A stretch of DNA of 61,967 nucleotides, filler included, from Stramenopiles sp. TOSAG23-6 (lineage: Eukaryota), in the NCBI GenBank assembly GCA_900128565.1. It is 21 parts of 21 records of this genome, joined end to end, with 100 filler letters (N's around TTAATTAATTAA, not from the genome) between each part and the next. Parts side by side here need not be neighbours in the genome. Positions count along the whole stretch, not along the records: positions 47,363 to 50,210 come from LT637794.1; positions 50,311 to 53,157 come from LT637795.1; positions 53,258 to 56,095 come from LT637796.1; positions 56,196 to 59,032 come from LT637797.1; positions 59,133 to 61,967 come from LT637798.1; 16 more parts are not named here. The stretch is one strand, 5' to 3'. Shown here piece by piece: positions 47,616-59,991 of this stretch. The notes under the pieces are model-generated. The model saw only the letters and a list, made by a program, of their open reading frames with translations, was not told the DNA's origin and searched no databases. The position numbers were made by a program, and so were the translations under genes. Each line of letters opens with the position of its first letter. Positions within the stretch are counted from its first letter, which is position 1.

Positions 47616-47705
47616 ACATACAAATCTTCGGCCTAACCCTAATTCGTTGTCATGTGACGTGACGCAGTGAAAATTATACACCTTATAAAAATATTTATAT
47701 AAAAA

Positions 47706-48344
47706 TTATACAATGGCAGCACTATAAGCTGGCCCTGTCTGTATGTCTTGAATTCTTAGTACAGAAATTTCACGACGATGTCCATTTTTACGACGATAAC
47801 CTTGTCGTCTCTTCATTTTGAAGACAATGACTTTTTTTTCCAGAGTTTGCTGTTCCATCAACGCCGTGACTTTTGCTTCTGGAACACGAGGCTGTCCTAT
47901 AACTGTACAATCTGCACCTCCAACCAATAATACATCATTGATATCAAATTCTTTTCCAACCTCAAGTCCAGGTAATTTATTGCAAACCAAAACGTCACCT
48001 GGTGCAACTTTGAATTGTGTACCTGCTAATTCCACTACTGCAAAAACGCCTTCTGTCGAAGCGGCTTCCGAGTTTGCCGCGTCCACAGTGATAGGACGTT
48101 TATGTGTAATAACAGTATGTTTTAAATTCTCAATTGCAAATTCTGATTTACGCTCGACCGCACCACCTTCGTTGGCGAGGCCCCTAGCTTTTGCGCTGTC
48201 CTTCACCCGCTTTTCATTAGCATGTTTTTGAATTTTATTGTACTGGCGCTCAGTTTTAGTGTATGTACGCATGTTTCGGACCCCACCACTACGGAACAAT
48301 CCTACTCGTTGTCTCATAAATGGAAGTGCTAATTGGCGAAGCAT
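47706..48344 (-). CDS. MRPL21: Mitochondrial ribosomal protein bL21m
   Basis: FAVVELAGTQFKVAPGD, KVIVFKMKRRQGYRRKNGHR, Arg-rich presequence. Confidence 0.93.
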   Translation of the reverse strand: MLRQLALPFMRQRVGLFRSGGVRNMRTYTKTERQYNKIQKHANEKRVKDSAKARGLANEGGAVERKSEFAIENLKHTVITHKRPITVDAANSEAASTEGVFAVVELAGTQFKVAPGDVLVCNKLPGLEVGKEFDINDVLLVGGADCTVIGQPRVPEAKVTALMEQQTLEKKVIVFKMKRRQGYRRKNGHRREISVLRIQDIQTGPAYSAAIV

Positions 48345-48657
48345 TGTCACTATGTTATATTTCTATTGCGTCTTAAAATTATGTAGTCGTGTGTAATGGT
48401 AGTAGTAGTACAGTTATCGCTGACTTGGACACGTGGTAATGCATTTTTTTTTGTGTATATACTAAGAAAAACAGGTTTGTCAATCATTCGCAAACGGTGT
48501 CCTTGCAAGTTGCAACGGTTATTTTCTCGTATATACAGTAAGATTTTATTTTTCAGATATTATTACTACGTGCTACTACTACTACTAGTATATTACTAAT
48601 CTACTACAGTCAAAGTTTGCATCTCCACACATTATAGGTATGTATATGATATAAAAA

Positions 48658-50155
48658 ATGACTATAGAAGATTTGAGCACAATGGAGCATTCTGATTTGG
48701 GTTCAACTGACAGCAGTAGTGACGAGCTAATGAACTTAATTTCACAACAGCTCAAAGAAAACGAAATTGCCTTTGGAAGTCTTCAGGGTTTCGGGAAAGG
48801 AAAGAGATTTATGTATAAAGTTGATCAGAATACGTACAGTTATTTAAAACCACAATATAAGTATAGCTTTGATAAATTGCTGAGAGAGATATCCGATATT
48901 ATATCTGACAAAGTTCACGAAAAAGAAGAACAAAATATTTCACTACCTGTTGACAATAACGCAATAGGTTCTAGTAGTACTCCAACTCTGACCCAAATAC
49001 CTTTGAGTACTCTTCCAATAAATTTTCCTGTTGAAAATAGTGAAAGATTAAATGTCAGCGCATGCGTTGAAAAATTACGTTCTATAAAAGAACGTTTAAA
49101 CAAACACAAATATACTATTGGAAATCAATCAGCTAGTCCATTAGTGAAAGAGAAAGTAATCGAATCTGAACCAGTTGNTGTAATTCCAGTTATTGCTCAA
49201 CAAGCACAACACTTAAACTTTACCTCTGGTTCAATTCGAAATGCAATTTTAGCGGACAGAAATAATAGCAAATATGAAAGTGGACTAATGCACGAAATGA
49301 GAAATGTGTTCAATGCCATACACGAAAAACGTAGTAAAGAAATGAACCGCAATATAGCCTTACATGGCTTAAAGTTAAAGTCACAATTAATAAATTTGAA
49401 ATCAAATATACNAAAAGCAAAANCTCAATTGTCTCTTCAGATGAAAATGGCGTCTGATGCACGAAAACAAATCAATAATTCTACAGCAGAAGTTAATAGA
49501 ATTAATAGCGATATTGAAGCCATTCAAAATGATATAGAATTTCGGATCATAACCAATAGCTCATTTTCTTCTAAAGAGAGAATTGTATGCACGGAATCAA
49601 CTAATTTGACTCTGCCTACATTTCCAAAACATCATCTGAAAGCATTTAGTGATACCATTCGAGACCTTTATAAGAAGAACAGTGGCGCAAGTATTCTGAG
49701 AGAACGCATTTTAATAAGCACTAAACAATACAACCGTCGTCACAAAAATCTACTTCTTCTTGAAGAAATCATGTTGGTACTTTCAAAAAGACAAATAAAA
49801 GTAGTAAATAAAGCTAGTGTCGAGATTAGAAATAAAGTGGAAAGTCCTTTAGAGAAAGCATTACCATTAAACACATCCAAGAGAACAGCACAATCGATAG
49901 ACAGATACAGGAAAAGGCTGGAAAAGGCGAATCTAAATCGAAGAAGAAATGGCAATTTCCATAAAACATCATCACCACATACATTCGAAAGAAACCAGCA
50001 ATCGGTAGAAAGATACAATAAAAGTTTGAAAAATACAAATAGCAATCAGAGAAAGAGAAGTGAATTAGAAAAAGCATTTCCATCGAGTACATCTGAAAGA
50101 ACAAAACGATCGATGGAAAAATATGAAAAGAGATTGCGAAACAATACAATAAATC
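48658..50155 (+). CDS. Hypothetical coiled-coil protein with C-terminal repeats, truncated by an inverted chimera
   Basis: About 500-codon ORF; repeats of LEKA.P..TS.RT..S...Y.KRL. Confidence 0.7.
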
Positions 50156-50386
50156 TGGAAAAGAATTTGATATCAATGATGTATTATTGGTTGGAGGTGC
50201 AGATTGTACANNNNNNNNNNNNNNNNNNNNNNNNNNNNNNNNNNNNNNNNNNNNTTAATTAATTAANNNNNNNNNNNNNNNNNNNNNNNNNNNNNNNNNN
50301 NNNNNNNNNNATACAATTTTTTTTTTTTTTCGTACGAAATTTTGTACCTAACAATTTTTTTTTTTTAATATTTTTTAACAGTACAT

Positions 50387-50560
50387 GTATATATATTCTT
50401 GTTTATTGGTGTTCCATTATCATTATTTATCCAATTATGGAATTTAAATTTAGGTTTGTCTTTATTTGATTCAGTTATTTTTGTTCCATTGTATCATTTA
50501 CAAATTATGATTTGGAATGAATTATTTGGTGTAATATTTTTTGATGAATTTAAACAATAT
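50387..50560 (+). CDS. NIPA-family Mg transporter, C-terminal-half exon
   Basis: LNLGLSLFDSVIFVPLYH..GVIFFDEF. Confidence 0.7.
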
Positions 50561-50679
50561 GTACGTTTTTTTTTTTTTTTTTTTTTTTTTTTAGGGTTAC
50601 GTAAAAAATTAAAAAAAAAAAAAAAAATAAATTTGAAATTGAAATTTGAAATTTGAAATTGAAAAAAAATAAAACATAC

Positions 50680-51303
50680 GTGGATGACGTCACCATTCGC
50701 ATCGAATTGAACAGGAGTTTCCAATTCACCAAATTTAGATGCTTCTTCACGAAGAGCTGCTTTTTTAGAAAATGCGAGTAGAGTTTTTATACCTAATGAA
50801 TCAAATGTCGATTTTTGAGAATTTTTTTGAGAATTGTAATGAACAAATTCTTTGTTGATTTTTGAATTAGGTATAGATTGTCGTACTAAATATCCGCGCA
50901 CTAGTGATTGGATAATAACTGCGGCGATATTGTTCTTTTCATTGTATAGATTAATACTTTCAAATTCGTCACGCGTTGTACAATCAAAATTGCTGTACAG
51001 TCTCTCATGAATATTTTTTTGACACGTTTTACTCTCTACCAATGAACTCTTTTGATTCTTTTGATTCGTTTTACCTTCCAACATTTGAGACTCACGTAAT
51101 TCAGAATCAGTAGACACAATACTCCCTTCACGTATACTTGATGTATTTGAATTTGAACGGTAACTCCGATAACTTTCATGATCGATTGATGTATTTGAAT
51201 GAGAACGTTGACTCCGTCGATTATTTCGTTCCAATCGAATTGTGTCCTGCCGTTTCAACTTTGAAGTATGTGAAGATCTAGCAGCTCCATATCTACGAGC
51301 CAT
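50680..51303 (-). CDS. IQ-motif protein, first exon
   Basis: AAVIIQSLVRGYLVR; ends at a GTATGT donor. Confidence 0.6.
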
Positions 51304-51671
51304 TCGTCGTACTATAGAGAATAATGATGACCAATATTAATGATGTACTACAATAAGCGATTCACGTAATGATGAGATAATACAATGATAATGGAAGGAA
51401 CACTATTTAAGAACCATAAAATAATATTGGCCATAAAAAAAACAAGAAAAATTTGTTTCGAATTGACTTGATGTGATCTCAAATTTTGTCGATGTTTCGT
51501 GTTGTTTCAAACAAGGTTTTTCAAATTCGCGCTAAAAAAAATACTTTTCTATGAAATTCTATCAATCAAAAATCAGAATAAAAAAGTCCTTCGAAATAAA
51601 TTCGAATATAATAATTTATTCAATTCCTAATAAGAAGATATCTGATATTGTGCTTTCCCTATACATTCACA

Positions 51672-52502
51672 ATGGGCGATGAATCACGAAATCGTGCATT
51701 TGGTATTATAAATGCTGTATGTGGTAGTCTGTTGACTGCCATTGGGTATGGTTTACAAAAAGTTACGCTGAATAAACTTGACAATGCATTTGGTCCTGAA
51801 CTATCCAACCCAAATCGACCAAACGTTCTTACTTTACCATTATACATATGTGCTCTAGTTTTACTCTTTTTAGGTGCAATCTCAGCTGCAGCAAACCTTG
51901 GAATCCTTGGTCAAGCAGCTGGTTCAGCTTTTTCTGGTATTGCTTTAGTATTTAATCAATTTTTAGGATGGTGGTGGCTTCAGGAGAAATATACATTTTG
52001 GCATGGCATTAGTGCTATTTTTATTGTTACAGGACTTATTTTATCTGTTTCATTTGCAGATATGAAACAACAAAAGTTTACTATAGATCAAATGCTTGAT
52101 ATGTATATACAACCATGGAAAATTGTATTTACAGTTATCATTCTTGGTATAGCTACATCAAGTCATAAACAATTAATACGTGTATTTTTTTTTTCGTACC
52201 AAAGTTTGTACCTAACAACAAAAACTATTTTTTTTTGAAATTTTTTTTTGAATTTTTTTTTCGTACGAAAATTTGTACCTAACAAAAAAAAATATTTTTT
52301 TTTGAGAAATATTTAATATTTTTCCAAAATATATCAAACAAATATAAAAGTATCAAGAAAAATTTTAATACATATTTCGACTGTTGCGGGTATAGCTAGT
52401 GCATTTTCTGCTCTATCTACAAAAACAGTACTTGAAGTACTCAAATCTGATATTTCTGAAAAATTAGCCCCAAATACAACAAAAGGATTTAAACAATTAC
52501 CT
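51672..52502 (+). CDS. NIPA-family (DMT) Mg transporter N-terminal half; intron 52182-52334
   Basis: GSLLTAIGYGLQK, ALVFNQFLGWWWLQEK, SAFSALSTKTVLEVLK. Confidence 0.75.
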
Positions 52503-52545
52503 GTACGTTTTTAGTATGAATTTTTTTTCAACACTTTTACAAAAA

Positions 52546-52580
<35 letters not shown>

Positions 52581-52645
52581 TTAGGTACGAATTTTGGTAC
52601 AATTTTTTTTTTTTTTGAAAATTTTTGAAAATTTTGAAAACATAT

Positions 52646-53076
52646 ATATTCCAACCATTTTGTAAATAGGGTTTAAATTGCAATTTTTGTTGTGGAGTAG
52701 TCAAACGTCTACGTGTAGGGTTAGGGTTACTTTTTGTATGACTTTGTGTATGCAGAGTATTTGTAGAAAACACGAAACCCAAGGCAATAATTTTAATAAA
52801 TGCTTCTATACAAAATGCAATAGTAAAAAAAAAACTCGAAATTCGTGTTATTGAAAAAATCGTCGCATCTTTTGTACCACAATTTCCATTTTCTTTAATT
52901 GTAGTATAATCACCTAATTTTTGACAAACTGGATTACCAATGCATAATACTACACAATTTAAAAATATAAGTATCATGACAATTATATCAAATAATGGAT
53001 GAAATGTTACTTGAATCATTTTTTTTCGAAATTTGTTTTCAGTTGAAAACAAAAAAAGTGAATTATTTTGCATATC
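52646..53076 (-). CDS. Voltage-gated Ca/Na-type channel exon (S1-S3)
   Basis: SLFLFSTENKFRK..HPLFDIIVMILIFLNCVVL..FTIAFCIEAFIKIIALGF..YLQNGWN. Confidence 0.9.
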
Positions 53077-53091
53077 ATGTAGTATGAAACA

Positions 53092-53125
<34 letters not shown>

Positions 53126-53782
53126 GGTTTCCTAAAAAATTAAAAAAAAAAAAAAAANNNNNNNNNNNNNNNNNNNNNNNNNNNNNNNNNNNNNNNNNNN
53201 NTTAATTAATTAANNNNNNNNNNNNNNNNNNNNNNNNNNNNNNNNNNNNNNNNNNNNTTTTGTACCTAACAATTTTTTTTAGATTTTTTTTGAAATATTT
53301 TTCCAAAATACATCTTGGATTTGATTTTGATTATGATGTAAGTGAATTTGATATTTCTTTTAGCTGCCTTGAAGGTGTGACAGAGGGTGCAGATGAAGAT
53401 GCGCTTGACGATAATATTACAAAGAAAAAAATACACTAATTTAATTTTAAGTGTAATCAACTTATTTTTCATTCAAGAAAAGTACGTTTTACAATTTTTA
53501 AAATTTGTTTTTGTAGTCAATTTTGTACCTAACAAATTTTTGAAATATTTTTGTACAATACACATATTTTATTTGAGAAAAAAGTCGTCGATTTTGTTGT
53601 CTGCTACTATTAAAAATCATTCACAGATGAATACACAATATGAAACATTTATTCACTGTACATCGAATTTTGCCACTGACAAATCGAAATATCATAAGAA
53701 AGGCTGCGTGTTTAGTGGTGTATAAAAAAAATACGAATAAAAGGTGTTTCTGATTAAGTTTTCAATTTCTTAAGAATTAATT

Positions 53783-54511
53783 TTAAATTGTTTTTTCGTA
53801 CGAAATTTCGTAGCTAACGATTTTTTTCTTCACTAGAGATATTTTTGGACTATGAAGAATTAATGTAGGATTACTTCCAACCACTTGTACTGGCATTTTT
53901 ATACCTCTACTTTTGTAATACTCATTCCAATATTTTCGAGGTTCAAAAATAAGAGTAAAATCAATACCAATAAACAGATTTAAATTTATTCTACCTCCTC
54001 GAATTTTTTGCCTTGCTTTGGAATATGAAAAAGTAATTAAAGAAGAACAATAAAACTTTGGGGTTTTGGAATCAATATTTGGGGGAGAAAAATCTGTGGC
54101 ATATGATTTGCCTATTTGTGCTAATGCAACGTCAGAAGCAACTTTGCCAAGATCTTGTAGTGGGGGTAGCAGCTCCATATGATAAAAGGTAGCACCTGGC
54201 CCCGACTGCTTAAAAAAATCATTAGCTGGAGTTTTAATAACGCCAAGTATTGGCAACGCTTGAATAAAATAGAGTTGATCATTATCCAAAAATGCCATAG
54301 CAACGTGTGAAGCCGTTTCGTTACCGGATAAAAGAGAAGTAATATTATTATTGCTCAACCATGATAGCGTTGCCTCTCCTGTAGAAATGACGGCAAGATC
54401 GAACTCCGAAGAAGGATTGACTGAAGGATGGACAAAGACCAAGTCTCCAGTTTTATATGATTTCGCGTACATGAGTGTATACATTATAATAAAAAGGGCA
54501 TATATATACAT
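53783..54511 (-). CDS. Secreted permuted papain-like (NlpC/P60 YiiX/YaeF-type) protein
   Basis: TGDLVF, SHVAM and FYCSSLI in permuted His-before-Cys order; signal peptide. Confidence 0.75.
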   Translation of the reverse strand: MYIYALFIIMYTLMYAKSYKTGDLVFVHPSVNPSSEFDLAVISTGEATLSWLSNNNITSLLSGNETASHVAMAFLDNDQLYFIQALPILGVIKTPANDFFKQSGPGATFYHMELLPPLQDLGKVASDVALAQIGKSYATDFSPPNIDSKTPKFYCSSLITFSYSKARQKIRGGRINLNLFIGIDFTLIFEPRKYWNEYYKSRGIKMPVQVVGSNPTLILHSPKISLVKKKIVSYEISYEKTI

Positions 54512-54828
54512 AATTGGTACCTTTACATTAGTACCCCACTCATTTTTACTTGAAATGTCATCGGATTGACATTTACAGGTTTTACTAACTTTTTTTTAGT
54601 ACTTTTTTGTTGTACGTTTTTTTACTTGTCAAATTTTAGTTACCCGGTCTCCTGGTCAGCCGCGGCGCGACCCAGAGTTTGTGGGTGCCGCGGCGGTTTC
54701 ATACTGAATATACTACCTTTCGTTACTTTTTACTAAAAATTTCTTGTGGAAAGCTTTTTGAGAAAACCCTCAAAAGTAAAAGGAATTTAGTGCAGGCTTA
54801 CAAATAGATTTCGCCCACCATATATAGA

Positions 54829-56042
54829 ATGCCACTTCCTAATGATGAGATAGACATTTCTCATATAGACCCGGAGTTAAGTCGTGACCGCTTACCACAG
54901 CCATACAGAATGATAGATAAACTTATTCGGAAATATATTATTGACTCTGCGTGGGATACCTTGGCCCCAAAAAAGTCTCAAGAAGGAGTAGACCTTGCTT
55001 CAACACTAGTCGATGGGGATCGCCGATATGCTACCATGAGTAAATGTCCAGCATCTAAGGATATTTTGGGATGTGGTCGGGTGACAAGTGTACCACCAGC
55101 TACACCTCAGAGCACAAGTACTGTCGACAATCCCTGGACTCTAGTTGGAAATCTTGGTGGAGAAATTTGTCTTTTAGATTCATTTGCAGGTCGGCCACTT
55201 TTGCGAATACCTGCTTTCCCAGGCTCTGCTAAATCAGGAGGTGTTCAGTGTATGTCAAATATAGTCTTTCTTCGTCGTGTAGGTGGCAGTAATAGTTTGT
55301 TGGTTGCTGCTGCTGGATGTATTTCTAGCCCAATGGATAGTACAAAAGACAATACTATTGAAACTGATAATAATCAAGATCATGATGTTCCTGATGAGGT
55401 AAAAGATGCAACAGATGAAACAAAAGCAAAAGAAAATGAAAAGATTATAGAAAAAGCTCCTGAAAAAACTTTTCAGGATCTTAATGTACAAATTAATCTC
55501 TACGAAATCTCGATACAGTCTCGCCATGTATCTTTTTTTTTTTTTCAACTTCAAATTTTTTTTTCGTACGAAAGTTTGTACCTAACGATATTTTTTGTGA
55601 TTTCGTTTTTTTTCACACAATACATGCTCGATTATTAGCCACAATTAAAGCAGAACCGGGTTCAAAAGTGCAAAGTATAAAAATATCACCACTGGGTAAA
55701 TTTTTAGCTGTAGATATGTCAAATGGAAATCTATCGGACAAAAATGTAGAATCTATTGGAGGATCAAAACTTTTAAATATTTATTCAATTCCACGAAATA
55801 TTTTCATGTATGTTTTTTTTTGAATTTATGTCTATTTTTTTCGTACGGAATTTTGTACCTAACAATTTTTACAAAAAAAAAATATGTTTTCATAATACAT
55901 GAGAAGTAATGCAGAAGAAAATAATGAGTTCAAATCCTCAACGGATTCAACTGATATGAATGCAGCTACAGATTCTAAAGTATCTGAAACGAATAATCAA
56001 AATATAGACACAGGTGATCTCACAACATGTAATCTAATTAAT
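54829..56042 (+). CDS. WDR93: WDR93-like flagellar WD protein, 3' partial; introns 55528-55625, 55808-55900
   Basis: DRLPQPYRMIDKLI..SAW motif. Confidence 0.7.
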
Positions 56043-56610
56043 GTACGTTTTATTTTTTTTTCAATTTTGAATTTATTTTTCGTACGAAATTTCGTNNNNN
56101 NNNNNNNNNNNNNNNNNNNNNNNNNNNNNNNNNNNNNNNTTAATTAATTAANNNNNNNNNNNNNNNNNNNNNNNNNNNNNNNNNNNNNNNNNNNNTTGTT
56201 AGGTACGAAATTTCGTATGAAAACCAAAAAAAAAAAAAAAAAAAAAAAAAAAATAAAAAAAANNNNNNNNNNNNNNNNNNNNNNNNNNNNNNNNNNNNNN
56301 NNNNNNNNNNNNNNNNNNNNNNNNNNNNNNNNNNNNNNNNNNNNNNNNNNNNNNNNNNNNNNNNNNNNNNNNNNNNNNNNNNNNNNNNNNNNNNNNNNNN
56401 NNNNNNNNNNNNNNNNNNNNNNNNNNNNNNNNNNNNNNNNNNNNNNNNNNNNNNNNNNNNNNNNNNNNNNNNNNNNNNNNNNNNNNNNNNNNNNNNNNNN
56501 NNNNNNNAAAAAAAAAAAAAAATATTTAAAAAAATATTTAAAAAAAAAAAAAAAAAATCGTTAGGTACAACATTTCGTACGAAATGTTTTTTTTTAAATT
56601 AAAAAACGTA

Positions 56611-57157
56611 CATTTGACTCGCTAGTCTGCTTCAGTTGAGAAATTATTTCCCATTCTTTTCTTGCTTTGTTACGTGCATCGCGATCATTGACAGTGATAT
56701 ACATAAAACATGGAAAGTTTTCTGAATCTCTAAAAGTAATCGAGTCTTTGCATTTTTTTTGTTCACTATCGGTCCCACCACTGCCAAAATTATCTTTTGA
56801 TATAAAGCTTTTTTCTGATTCATTTGAATCTTTTATACCACCACCACAGTAACAGCAAGCTTCATTACCACCTACTCCATGACGATTCTTTCGTTGATCA
56901 TCTGTACAATAGGGTACGTGACATTCTTTTTTATTTTGTAGTTTAAGAGGAATTGATAACGTTCCAGAAAAATCTTTTTCTGGCATGCGAGGAAGACACT
57001 TATGGCGATCATTATGCCGATACGCTTCACAAGGCCACCCGTGACTATCCGTCCATCTTTCAATATTAGTACATCTTTCAAAGGTATAATTTACCTGAGC
57101 ATTAGTTTCATATAGCAAATTATATAGAAGACATATAATACCAAAGTAAATATTCAT
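56611..57157 (-). CDS. Secreted Cys-rich protein, first exon
   Basis: Signal peptide; repeated C...W/F.DS....C..Y and ACCYCGGG. Confidence 0.65.
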
Positions 57158-57616
57158 TTCGGTATCTAGTACAATTTGAATACTACTTTTGGTATGTATA
57201 TCTACCCTTCTAGTAGTAGTACCTGTTTTACTACTCTCGAGTCACTCTGTACTTTTTATGATGGATATTTCTAGTTTTTTTGGTAGGGAATTTCGTACCT
57301 AAAGCAAAAAAAAACAACCTTTTTGTTTACGTTGCTGTTTTTTGGTTTTTTTGTAACTGCAGATTCAAAAAAAGATGGTCAAAAAAAAAAAAAAAATCAA
57401 TGTCGTTACAATTTTGATATCATATCTACAGTATACAGTCAACTAGTCTATATACGAAAGCACTATCGAACGCATAGTATACATATAATTGTATATATAG
57501 TATAAAGATATATTGATACTACGTGTCGCAGCATATATTATTTGATTTTCGGAATTTCATACTAAAAAAATACAAAAAAAAACAAAAGAGTATTTGATAA
57601 ATAAAAGACAATCAAA

Positions 57617-58951
57617 ATGAGTCAAAAACAATCAAAATCGACCGAAACAAAACCAAATGGAGCAAAGCTTTCTCTCGTCCACACATTTGGAGTGTCTGGA
57701 CCATCACAAGACAACGTGACCTTTGTGAGCAAATCTGTGATTGCCTATCCAATAGGTCGACAGATTGTTTTTCATGATATCAAAACAGGTGACATGATTT
57801 TCAGAAAACGAAGCAAGAATTTTCCTAAAGTGACATCAATGTCAATCGACTCCACTCTATCTCATATTGCTATCTGTGAAGGAGGTATTGACGCCAAGAC
57901 AAGTATTTCAATTTTCAATATACAAACACAAAACCGTGTAAAAAAATTGTCACCTTTGAAAGGGCAAGGAGATATCTCGACGTGTTGCTTTTCAATATCT
58001 GGTAAAAAACTAATTACAGTAGGAATTGACAAAATGACAGAAAAAACAGATGGTACTACACCTAATTCGAATCGAAAGGAGGGACCTACATTTATCGTTA
58101 ATTCGTGGCAATGGCCTGTAGCTAAAGTGACGTCATTGTGTTCAGGCACAGGAAATATTTCACGAATTCGAATCCATCCAAAGGATGTCAAACAATTCAC
58201 GACTTCAGGTCCAAAACATTTACGGATTTGTATGTTTTATTTTTTTATTTTTTTTACCGAAAAAAAAAAAAAAAAAATTCAATTTTTTTTTTTTTTTTAT
58301 AGTACATTTTGTACCTAACGAATTTTTTTTTATAGAATTTTTTAGATTTTTTGAAATATTTTTCCAAAATACATGGACATTAGGTATTACATCGGCAGCA
58401 CCAACGAAGCAATTACCTCTTATAAAACCATTACAGTCTGAGAGAAGTGGAAATTTTGCAGATCATTGTATGTTTTATATGAATTTCTAATTTAATTTTT
58501 TTTTTTTTGGTTTTTTTTTCGTAAAAAAATTTCGTACCTAACAAATTTTTTTAGATTTTTTTTTGAAATATTTCTTCACAATACGTTTTAGTACGAAGAG
58601 GATTTTGTAAACCTATTGAAAAAGTAAAAACTTTAGCCAAAGAAGGTGTAGATAGCATTATTATTATAGATGATCAATTATTTTCATCCAAGAATCAAAA
58701 TCAAAAAAATCAAAGATCTAGAAAGATGCAGAATGATGTACTTTTTCATAAATGTTTTTTTCATATTTTTTTTCATACGAAATTTTGTACCTAACAAAAT
58801 TTTAATTTTTTTTTACTACATTTTTTTTTTACAATACATGATGGTTTGGAACAACTTCTTCTTAGTTCTTTGGATTCTACAAAAGAAGTGGAAAATATTG
58901 GTATTTTTTCAATGCCTTTTGCAGATGGTTTATTTTTACAAACAATTGCAT
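57617..58951 (+). CDS. CFAP57: CFAP57/WDR65-like flagellar WD40 protein, 3' partial; introns 58230-58374, 58468-about 58591, 58738-58839
   Basis: HTFGVSG..DNVTF..IAYPIGRQIV, CCFSISGKKL, SGPKHLRI|W. Confidence 0.7.
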
Positions 58952-59165
58952 GTATGTTTTATTTCTTTTTTTTAACAAAAAAAATCGAATTTTTTTTTAT
59001 AGTAAATTTTGTACCTAACAATTTTTTTTAGANNNNNNNNNNNNNNNNNNNNNNNNNNNNNNNNNNNNNNNNNNNNTTAATTAATTAANNNNNNNNNNNN
59101 NNNNNNNNNNNNNNNNNNNNNNNNNNNNNNNNAAAACTTTGAAATTGAAAAAAAATAAAATATAC

Positions 59166-59730
59166 ATATCTATGAGAAGAATTCCTATTTGATGTCATTA
59201 AAGAGTATCCTAAATTGTGATGGCAACTCCAAAGAGAAGGATCAAGCTGTATACACTGTTGAAATGCTGAAATTGCTTCTGCGTCAAAGTTTCGTTTTGT
59301 CGGACATATTTTCTCATCTTTGGAATTTATACAACTTTCACAGCTATGTTTTTTCTTACGAGATATTGCCATCAGTGAGGCCCCATAGTTTAATTGTATA
59401 TTTGCCTTATCTGGACTCAGTAATACCGCTTTAGAAAATGATACTGAAGCCTCTTCTTCTCGATTCAAAATATCTCAAAGCTTTTGCGTGATTATTCAGT
59501 TTGTCTAGAGATACTGCAATATTGAAAGTCACGGTAGGGTTATTAGGCATGGAGTCTAAAGTATCCAGGAAAAGTTGGAGAGCTTCTCTATAATTTCCAA
59601 CGCTAGACTTTTCGACAGCTTTTGAGAACAGTTTGACAGGGTCAACCAAGTCATTCCCTAGACTCTCTGAGTACGAAGCAGCAAAGACAGCCAAAGTTAA
59701 TATCAAGTATATTTGACAAAATGCCAACAT
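59166..59730 (-). CDS. Signal-peptide TPR protein with an internal frameshift near 59465
   Basis: TPR motifs in two overlapping frames (59431-59730 and 59085-59468). Confidence 0.6.
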
Positions 59731-59991
59731 CTATGATACAAGAATGAGCCTTGTTCGTATTTAATTTAGTCAGTCGGTAATACTAAATTACTGTTGCTAC
59801 CATAAATAATGAAAATATTTAGCTAATCAACATTCAAATAAATAAATAAATCAAAAAGCCGCCGATTTTGACGATTTTGACCGAATTTCAAATCTGATGA
59901 CCTATCACACACACCCTTGATTCTCCCATATAATAGTATTACTTGATATTATATATTACTTGAAGTACGTTTCTTTCGGTGACACAACACA

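Noticed and set aside
50156-50210. Inverted copy of 47904-47958 (MRPL21) at the end of the 48658 ORF
   Set aside because: Short local inversion at a contig end joined by microhomology, typical of an amplification chimera.
50311-53157. Scrambled gene order or trans-splicing (NIPA C-terminal exon upstream of its N-terminus; opposite-strand introns fused at about 50600 and 52540)
   Set aside because: Joins fall inside poly-T/A tracts of the repeated introns, so misassembly is more likely; long reads would be needed to revisit.
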